From: Pecten maximus
Taxonomy: Eukaryota
Direction: 5' to 3'
Length of the DNA stretch: 64,000 nt
Assembly: GCF_902652985.1 (NCBI RefSeq)
Contig: NC_047026.1
Coordinates: 33,852,001-33,916,000, forward strand
Position 1 is the first letter of the stretch. Every line of letters begins with the position of its first letter. Made by a program: the position numbers and the translations under genes. Below the pieces are notes generated by a model, which saw only the letters and a program-made list of their open reading frames with translations, did no database searches and was not told where the DNA came from. This document shows, in pieces, positions 11,052-21,193 of this stretch.

Positions 11052-13968
11052 TCAGGGACGTCGTGATATCGTTCTTTTCTTGTCTCCTGCAGCCCAGGAC
11101 TTGGATCTTGACCGGAAGTGACGTAAATCATCGCAGTGACCAGGATGCAGCATCGGCTTGTATTCCATTGGTTGACACAGAGCCTGCAGAAGAAAAGTTG
11201 GAGTTAAATATATGATCAGCGATTAATTTTTAAAGTGTTTAAGATCATTCATCACAGTTAATTCTGCTTTCATGATATTGATATAGGTTCATGTTAGATA
11301 CATGTAACAAAAAGATTGTTTGGACGATCAGATGGCAGCAGGGATTAAATAAAACACGATAATTACCTTGTCTTTGTGATAGAACGCTTTGTAACCGCCA
11401 TCAAGTAGGTACACCTCGGGGAAGGTCAGGGACGGGTAGTTAGCCTCGTTCTGAGTACGGTCTTGGGCCCTCAGGAAACGCATCCTGTTAAAAAGCAATA
11501 GATAAACATGTATAGAACTGAACTATTGATATCATTGTAATGTCTTGATTAAGGAAATAAATGGTTCGGCATATACATGTAATTGCTTTAGTAAAACTCT
11601 AAGGTCTTTGCTTGTGTCTACAGTAAAACATATCTCTTAACGAGAACGCAATTTACGAAGTTTCTTTTTGAAGTTGTTTTTAGTATTTTCATGGGGGAGA
11701 GAGAGTATCTGCAAACGTTGACGACAGTAAAATGTCACTTTTAAAAAATCTTATCAACCGTTTTTCTTCGTGTTGTATAGAAATGTTTGTGTTACGTGGC
11801 AAGTTTGGCACTCGTTTTCTCCTTAAATATATGTATATATGGATGTAGAAATGACGTATACAGTTTGTAGGTACTCTTAGGTGACAAACTTACATCTTGG
11901 GTCCCCTCTCTGATGAGAATTCACAGTGGAAGATGAGAATGTTTCTTTTTCCGGTAACGTCACACGCCTGCGTGTCGTGAAGCAACTGTTGGACCTGGTC
12001 ACGTGTATATTTATTCTCTGCGTCCTGATGAAAAAATAGACAAAACTGTTCGTTAAATGTAGATCTAAATTACTCAGTTCAGGATAAGACTGAAAATGGA
12101 ATGATAACATTACTTCAGATATGGATTCAATATACTATCGGCTATTCGTATATCCAGAAACTCATAGAATGTGTACTTTAGCTTGTTACACCAGCTCCTA
12201 AATTTGAATTGAAGTATCACGTGATACGTTGGTGAGTCGATGGAAATGTTGATGACTAATTTCAAAAAATTCATAATGAAAAAATGAAGTACAAACCTTG
12301 ATGTGACCCCGATCGTACTCGTACGGGTATCGACAGTCGATGATTCTGTAAGTATCGATGACGTCATCATAACTTCCGGTCAGTATATCGGCCATCTGTA
12401 AGGAAAAAAATATATATAATGAAAAATAATGCATACCATTTATTATCATTTTATCAATAGCAAATTAATTTGTCATTTCTAAGCATTGTAATGATCTAAT
12501 TCAAACTGCTTGGTAAAGAAATTCAATAAATAGTAAAATACAAAGTAACGTAATAGTTATTGTGCCATTTATCCGGATTCCAATATATATACATTGTATC
12601 TGTGTAATATTTTTTCCGTTGAATTCTACCCTTACCGTATCAGCTGAGATGGACTTGAGGTCCTGGTGTTTGCCCCTGGTGGTCGGCAGACAAAACGTGT
12701 CGGTCCCGTCCCCTATCAAATCCTCCTCCACCAAACGGTCTACAGCAGCCTTCATGTCACGTGGTATCAACTACGGACTGTCCTGTGAAAATAAAAATAT
12801 CAAATATGATTATTTGAATTCTTACCATGTGCAGATTTGGAGATAATTTTTTAGTTAGATCTTAATGACGTGATATTACTCGAGGAACAGATTAAATACG
12901 TTTTTTGTTGATCTATGATTGCTTTGATTTTCTTCTCATATTTGACTTATCTTTCATCTTGAATTGTAATGCTATGGTACAGCTACGTGTATAGTGTATA
13001 AGACAAATGATTGGAACTTGTACCGAATGCAATTTCAGACATTATTTTGCCAAGTGTCTTGCTGATCGACACTTATTTCTTTTTTATCGCCCTACCGCTA
13101 TTATATCTGGTGAACCACAATACCCTTACCTCATAAGATATCGTCCTCTTCATTTCACCGCTCCTCCGCTGTATCTTAGACGAGGGAGTAACGCAATCAT
13201 CCTCATCACGGTGACGCTTGCCTGAGAAGAGGGAACGCTTTAACCCGGTATAGTTACCATCAATCTTTAATAAGGAGGAAACGGTGAAAATATGAAAATT
13301 GTGTTATCGAACAATTTTTTTCTCAATTTAAATCATTTGAATAATTTTTCTATTATTATTTTATCAGATTAAATTATTAATAAATATTTGTTGAAACTTG
13401 CTTTTTTATCTATTGATACATATAAATATACTCGTTTAAAATTGTTTCTCATATCAGAATGAATATAAATAATTGACAAAGATGCCACAATTTTTCTCAT
13501 TTTACATGATATATAGAATCCTAAATATCATTTATTTAACATTTTGATCAGCATTCGTATTTTGATACTTACATGCCGTACCGGGGAGGCGAACACGTTA
13601 CTGAAATCCAAACGTGTGGACACCTTGTAATCTGTTGATGGGATCTGAAACATCAAAAGGTCATGATTACATAATATAACTATATATATATGTATCGATA
13701 TTGTAGATATATACATGTATGTATCATTACACGACGGGATTAATCTAAGTCTTTACAACTTCACATGTCACATAAACAAGCGTCCAATACTTCAAACCTG
13801 TGAACCAATCATACAAGTTCTTACCATAATATCATCCATTCCAAGTCCGGAATCTTCATCATCGAACAACTGACGGAGGTCCTTCTTCACTTCCGGGGTC
13901 ATTAGGAATTTGACCTCGTCATCGAAGTCAAGACTACGACACGGGGTCAAGGTCAAAATTGATGCCAT
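11052..13968 (-). pseudogene. CDC25: Cdc25 phosphatase copy 1, disrupted: exons 13968-13825, 13644-13573, 13264-13130, 12782-12636, 12395-12297, 12024-11894, 11484-11367, 11183-11052
   Basis: [13 protein letters not shown] and [10 protein letters not shown] motifs. In-frame TAG at 12773-12771 where copies 2 and 3 have ATG. YDRGH instead of YDGGH. Acceptor before 13264 is TTAAAG rather than TTTCAG. Confidence 0.8.
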
Positions 13969-14601
13969 CACCTGAAACATAATAACAGTGAATTGTCAGA
14001 CTTTCAAATTGAAGGAAATACATACATTTTGTATCATAGCAGCTTGCTTCAAAAATTATCAAAATATGAAAATTAATGAGACCATATTGCAGTGAATAGT
14101 TCACGTGGAATTACAGTATACCAGAATGATTTTAATGGTCAATAATTCAAACGTAACAGTTTACGAAATCCAAAATTTTATTTCTAATTATTTTGTGTAT
14201 ATGCTCAAGACATTTTAAATAAATATTGATCTCGAATGAATATTATCAATAAATCGGCATATAGTGTACATTTTGAAGACACGTATATATAAGATATTGC
14301 TACCCAGATATCAAATTTTGATATGCATATGTACATGTATATTGAACTTATCAATACAATTTACTGTATGAACCAAGATATGATCCCCTGAAAATAAATG
14401 GTAAACATTGAACAGAAATATGTAATCATTGAATGTTGTAAATAATAGCAAGCAACAAACTATAAAACTTACGATTTAAACTGGTGAATAGGTTTAGTGA
14501 ATTTGAAGACTGAAGAAGAATCTAGATTTCGTTCAGGGTTAGTAGATGTAGGTAGTAATGATGTACGTAGAGGACAACTTTGATGAAGACCACAGGGAAA
14601 G

Positions 14602-14826
14602 CACGTGTATATATACGTCTATGTCCTTGCTCAATGTGTCTGCTCAACTCGCGTGGACATATCAAAGCAGCCCCGGGCCCCGGGACGAGGCGCTCTACTC
14701 CAACTGTGTTTACGCCCTGTCACGTGATGTCCTGGACCCTCAACAGCCTTTACTAGGTTTGTTGTTACAACATCACGTCATCGATTACTTTTATAAACAC
14801 AAAACTCGGACTTCAAAAGATAAACA
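14602..14826 (-). promoter_or_regulatory. Putative Cdc25 core promoter (conserved at ~24762-24990 and ~34132-34380), upstream of a non-coding first exon with a GTAAG donor at 14472
   Basis: TATA-like (TATATATA; TATAAATA in copy 3) abutting CACGTG; second CACGTG at 14721; TGACGTGA; two TGTTTAT forkhead-like sites; TTTGAA (CHR-like) at 14817-14812. Confidence 0.5.
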
Positions 14827-16139
14827 CTGATCGCTGTCAGGTGGTGTTTTCTTTATCAAAGTGTGCATTAATATCGGGACAAAACTTATAACTAAATCTG
14901 TATTGTAAAATTATCATATTGTTCATAAAATACGAAGTGTTTTAGATAGATATTTCAATATACATGTATCTCATTGGAATACAGATATGTATTTGCGACT
15001 AATTCGAAGTTTGGCACGTTATTTATATTTTCATTAAGGAAGATGAACGGTGGACATGACTACGACCATTGTTGTAAAATTACAATTCATCAAAACATTA
15101 CATTACAATATAGTTATAAACGACACAAAATATTGACTTAACAAGTTTTTCCAGTTTTAAAACAAAAAGTATGTATGATGAAATCCGTAAGCCTTTGTCA
15201 TATTAGTTATTTAGTAGAACATGTTGATGAGACGATACAATTTTATTTAGTACGAACAGTTTTGAAAGTGTTCATATTTAAAAGTCTGCGATATTTCTCG
15301 ATTAACCGTATAGGTGTATAAAGTACACTAGGTATCCCGGGTCGTCAATATCTGATAAGTGTTAATCAATATTACTGATCGGTAAGTTTAAACCTGTTAA
15401 GATAAATGACTAATTAGTTATTAACGTAGTGTTACAAGTAATTAATTCAATTCTCGCAACCCAGAGGTGGAGGGCTAGTAATAAAGTGTCGGGACACCTT
15501 AACCACTCAGCCACCACGGCCCCCTCTAGGTAGACAACGCTTCAGTAAACATATTTTAGTAAAATGTTTTGACCTTGTGGTAAATTTAATCACCATTTAC
15601 ATGAAATAATTTATTTCAAAATTTACTGTTACATCAATTTTGTCTTTTTTTTTGTAACAAATCCATACTCGAACTGGCGTATCATTGGCGTATAATACGC
15701 AAGTTGACTGTGTTTTCCCCAACCAGTCAACCCCAACACTCTAGTGACACTCGCAACCCTGTGAGTAAAATAGAATCATAATACCCGACACATATGGGCA
15801 CTTACACAGATATGTAGTACATATCGAGGATAATTTTAACTCTGGTGTTAATTACCAGATACAAGTGCCTATGCCGAACGCATATTGTAAGTGTTATGTC
15901 ATGCCTGGTTTTATTTCATCTGTACCAAATTCTAAGCAACACCAAACAGTATCGGAGAATCCCACGTTTTTATATAGTAATATAATATACACTAGGCTAC
16001 AGTCTTCGTGTGACATGGCATCAGGTACTCCAACAATGTTAGAGGTTCAACACGGCGAGAAACTTTTGACAGGCGTCGCAGATTCGCCAATGCAATCAGG
16101 CGGACTAAGACCTCTTATACGTATAGGAGTAGGCATCAG

Positions 16140-16626
16140 CAGGTCGGGGAAACCCCAAGATCGGGGTATAATACCTCGATCGGCCTATTATACGCCGATT
16201 GAGGTATGGATTTGTTACTAAAAATAGCTCAAATCAATTTAAACTCATCTTTTTAAAAATTTCTATCCAAGTCGCATTTATTTAGGCATTAAACGTTATA
16301 CAAATACAAAAATTAAATTTATTTGAGTGCGGGAAAGAACTGAAAACAGATGTAACACTTCCGGTCTATATGGCCTATGTTACGATGGTAGTGTTACTAC
16401 GGCGGCGATTGTAACATCAAGTTTCTAAGTAGCCACTGCTTCCATTCAACATATTTCAGCAAAATATTATTTATTTTGTCATAAATTCATGCGACTTGGA
16501 TAGAAAATTTTAAAAAGATGAGTTTAAATTGATTTGAGCTATTTTTAGTAACAAATCCATACCTCAATCGGCGTATAATAGGCCGATCGAGGTATTATAC
16601 GCCGATCTCGGGGTTTCTCCGACCTG
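16140..16626. mobile_element. MITE, 487 bp, ~140-bp TIRs (CAGGTCGG...CCGACCTG), 5-bp TSD ATCAG
   Basis: The empty site GGCATCAGGTTGTC is present in unit 1 (~7466-7479); in unit 2 ATCAG flanks both ends (16135-16139 and 16627-16631). Confidence 0.9.
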
Positions 16627-16692
16627 ATCAGGCTGTCGGGGCCAGAGAAAACTCGGGCTAACCTCAGTAAACTAGTTATATTACATAATTAC

Positions 16693-16809
16693 CTCCCATA
16701 ACTTAGATGGTACATTCTTTGGGGCCTTTTCACTAGCGCTGACAGTTTCTGTGATAACTGGCTTGTCGGTATCTTCAGCATCTTTAGGTGGAGGGACCCT
16801 CTGGTACAT
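16693..16809 (-). other. Duplicated (orphan) FAM204A first coding exon with intact ATG and phase-0 GTAAT donor
   Basis: By eye identical to 7534-7650 (MYQRVPPPKDAEDTDKPVITETVSASEKAPKNVPSKLWE). Confidence 0.85.
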
Positions 16810-19399
16810 TTTATTTTACTGTCGTCCGTCCGAGTCATAGTAATTTTATTGCTTCAAAATACTCTATATTTTTACTTACGAAACAAACACTGATGTGATG
16901 CCGTTAAAGGTTCACGATATCACGGTCTTCTGCAAGCTTCGTTTCCCTGCCATAGATAGGTCTGTTCGGTCTGTTCGTCTAGTTTTATCATATGTAGCTA
17001 TAGGTCTCCCATTTTTTCATAGATTACGCTTTTACAACTTAAGATTGAACACCTCCATTACATTAATTGTATTTGAATTGGATTGTTAATGTTGTGATAA
17101 AGGTGAGGCAGAGGGGCATGTCTAGTCGTAGATATTTCTGGCCGTTTTCTTTGATATAGGCCTAAGACTTGACATGCCCCTGTGGCCAGTGGGTAAGAGT
17201 ATGAAAGGCCGTTCATGTCAAAAACGAGATACATGTACATTTAATACGTTGTTTAACATAACATTTTAACAAGTTTTAACGCGTTAAGATTTACGTAAAG
17301 ACTTAACGCGTAAAGCTTTAAATAACGCGTTAAACAGAGAGGTGCCGATAAAAATACGGCTTGATGTACAAAATTCTCAACTCTTAATAAACGGGACATA
17401 ATACATGTAATATAAAGTGGGGTTCAGCTTCAACTTCTCTTCTATTACATAATAGACACAGTCTTTGGGCTCTGGAGATATGTGTACCTTGGTATCTACC
17501 AGTTTCAACACTTAAATCGTATGCTTGTATCCTAAACTTGGTCACCAGACGTCATATAATCCGAGACTACTTAGCTCTTGCTTTACATGATACATTACAT
17601 TTATTTAATACATCTTGGCTTCGTTATGTTAAGCTCTACAAGTTTATTACAACGTGATTTTAAAACTCAATTATATAGTTTTTACCCCCGTTGAAAATTG
17701 ACCTTAGGCCTGTTGTCAACGTTGAATATGGACCCGGAATGCCGTTGAAAATGGGACGTGTTGTTGAAAAATGACAGCTTAAAAGGTCAATTCTCAACGA
17801 ATGGTCCGTTGAAAATTGACTGTTGAACACAAGCTTCACCGATCTACTCCATTTGACATAAAATCCATGGGTACTTTGATCTACTCTCTCCCTGTAAGCG
17901 CCCTCTTTTGACTAGGTATTGGAATTATATAAACCCCATATTTTTTTGTTCCCACTGATAATTTTGATATTGTTTAAGCACACTCTCAGGCCATAAGATA
18001 TTCGGGCATTGCTTAAGTGGTTTGAGTTCGATCATAGGTTCCTGACGCATAAGATAGGAAATACTATGTAAAACAAATGTACAGTATTGATGTATTACAC
18101 AGAACTGTCCTATCTTATGCGTCAGGAACCTATGGTTCGACATTCCCACCAAAATATGACGTCACAGTCACCGGACAATCTGTAAGAATCGTACTCAAAC
18201 CATGTAATTTTACGTCATTTTCTCTATCTCGAAATTCCCGTTTTGTTTGCGATAATCGCATGTTGTAGACCTTGGAGCCATATGTATGTCAACAATATTC
18301 GAATGACGTAACGCGGACGTGTCCAGACACGCTATTTGATGCACAGATTTCTGCGATCTCTAATAGTCCAATGTGTTCCCCTCATTCATTCGAGATGATA
18401 TAAGAAAACAGCAATGCATATACTTTGGTCTATCATGAAATTGAAAACATGGAACCGAGACTAGAGCTATACCCATTTACACATACATGTAGTTTTTTTC
18501 CAACATTGATTATGAGACAAGCTACATCCACTAGGCCTCGCTAATATGATATCCATGATCTACTTAGTGACTAGGTCGATGCGATCTATTTGGGGACGTA
18601 TGCTACCGTACAAGTCCGTGGGTTACTCAAATTCAGCTGATCAGTTATTCGATTGGGTTAACTATTTTACTAAATTAGTTTGCCCTCTTGGTTTTGTGAC
18701 CCTTAAAATTTGAAGATTTCTGAAATGCATTCCGTTGTTCACATTGCTATATAATTTTTATACATAATTATGCGACACATAATTATATTTCATGCATATG
18801 GAAAAGTAAATGCTTAAACTGTATGCTTGTATGCACATTGTCCGGTCATCCATATGTACAGTAAGCCTGGTAAGTAATAGCCTCGATATGCCAATTAATT
18901 AAAGATATCTTTTCTTTAGCGCGATTGGCTTAGCGTTAATCTAGCAAGCCAGAGATCGCAGGGAAATGCAGTTTCATGCGGCACAAACTACAAGAATGAA
19001 GCATGATCACGTGATTCCAAACGAGTGGCGCGTGAAGCACGCGTAAGTTTCGCGCGCATCGAACTACCACGAAAGCTTGATCACGTGATTCCCACCGAGT
19101 GGAGTGTGATGCACGGAGACATTTTGCGCGATTTAAACTACCGCCAAAGCTTGATCACGTGATTCTAACCAAATTGAACATGAATGGCATGGGGTTAACA
19201 GGGACATACGAATAAGTTATAGTCATATATATCCTAGTCGATATAATCTTCTTTTTTTACATGGTTTTTTTTGGGGGGTGGCTTGGGAGGGCTACATTAA
19301 CCTTGCATAGACCCTCCATCTTACAAGGGAGTCATATTTAACCAAATGTAACTAGAGCACCGACAGATCAGAAAGGACCCCTGTAATGTTGCCAATTGT

Positions 19400-19430
<31 letters not shown>

Positions 19431-20883
19431 GACACACACACACCATAGTCACATTCAACAGTTCCCCCGTTGGCCAGTGATTACATTTGAATGGTGAATG
19501 TCGCATGTTGAGCTGCACAACATTCCATTTCTGAAGGTTTTATTTCGTACATTGAAAAGTTCCCATTTTGACCATGCTTCATGTAAGTGAAATCGATAAA
19601 TGAATAACTCATCGCTTGACCTTAAACTTTGACCTAGTTGGAAGCCATTTGTAATTGTCAGTTTTCAACGGGTCCATATTCCACGGGCCGGAGGGAAGAA
19701 TACGCAGATGGTTCAATTTTCAACGGCATTCAGGGTCACCGCACATAACTTCAGGTGAGGCGACCAATTTACTTCCGGCCACCTAACTTCAGGTGAGGGG
19801 CTGCGAAGCTAAGTAGGTTAGAGCGATGGCCACCTACACTGTATCTTCAGTTGTTGTGTGACCGCAATAGCTCCGTCGGTTAGAGCGCCTGCTATGTACG
19901 GTAATCCCAAGGTCATGCAAGACCCGAGGTGTGTGGTTCGACACTTTCTGCCCGTGTCGGATAAACTGTCATAGTTGTGTTCTTGGGCAAGACTCTTTTC
20001 CCTAATCGATCTGGATGGCATGCAACGGGACTTCCGTATAATTTTCAGTGAGGTGGTCACTTATATAATACTGCAAGTGACACCCCCTAAAAATGACCCA
20101 GATTGTTCACGGGGCAAACAAACAAAATTATAGAATTTCAAAAACGCATTTCCGGAGGTATTGAAATCGGGCGATGTCATATTCCTGCTTCTAAATTTAA
20201 TCTATGATAAGATACGCAAAACCTTGTAATTTGAGACAAGAATATAACATCTGGCTAGTGGCGAGTCTACAAATATAAATATGTCTCGCACCCTTGATTG
20301 GAGTAATGATCAAATACATCTATATCTCTAACTTCGTGTTCAAGCCAAACATAACAGAAACCATCGAGTTTTTTTTTACCAATATTTAATAATCTTGGTT
20401 TATCTGATCAATTTAAGTTTTATACATGTAGATGACTTAGTCTTGGGCGAACAACCCCGGAGCTGCGTAGCAACGGAATCCAAGATGGCGGAACTTCCTC
20501 AGCAACTGCCCTTTATCTTTATATTATCATAATGCAAATATTTAATCACATAACGCAACACAGAAAACATGGTTAATGTAAATTTTATTTCGTAAACAAC
20601 TGAAATAAACATGTATACAAAAGTAAAAGCACTTCAGTCAATATAGCACTAGACAAAGATAAACTACAGTCGACACAATGTACATGTACAGGTCCTCGTC
20701 CTGAACTGTCGATCATGTCTCAAAACAAGGAAAGGAAACATAGCACTACATGATGAAAACGACGGGGGTGGTCAGTTTGTAGGTATTGATTTGTCCTTCA
20801 AGTAAACACATGCCTCCCTTCAGAATCTTTAACATCAACAACCATTTCCGGAAGAAATGCGAACAATAGAGAATTGTTTCTGG

Positions 20884-21166
20884 CTCCGACATGAAGCTCC
20901 GGCATGAAGCTCTGACATAGAGCTCTGACAAAGAGCTCCGACATGAAGCTCTGACATGAAGATCTGACATGAAGCTCTGACATGAACCTCCGACATGAAG
21001 CTCCGACATGAAGATCTGACATGAAGCTCTGACATGAACCTCCGACATGAAGCTCTGACATGAAGATCTGACATGAAGCTCTGACATGAAGCTCTGAAAT
21101 GAAGATCTGACATGAAGCTCTGACATGAAGATCTGACATGAAGCTCTGACATGAAGCTCTGACATG
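20884..21166. repeat. 13-bp minisatellite (~22 units) in the Cdc25 copy 2 3' UTR
   Basis: Same unit as 10924-11024. It explains the spurious MSELHVRASC ORFs in the track. Confidence 0.9.
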
Positions 21167-21193
21167 CGTCCCTCCCTTTTGTAGTTGTGTAGT

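Larger units (their letters stand above)
6786..15452. repeat. Tandem segmental duplication, unit 1 (FAM204A exon 1, upstream region and Cdc25 copy 1)
   Basis: Sequence starting CTCGCAACCCAGAGG at 6786 recurs at 15453 and stays colinear, apart from indels and one MITE insertion, to about 25623. Confidence 0.9.

Noticed and set aside
14558-14830. + strand ORFs repeated at 24718 and 34019-34383
   Set aside because: Antisense to the Cdc25 promoter and first exon; frames are not conserved between copies.
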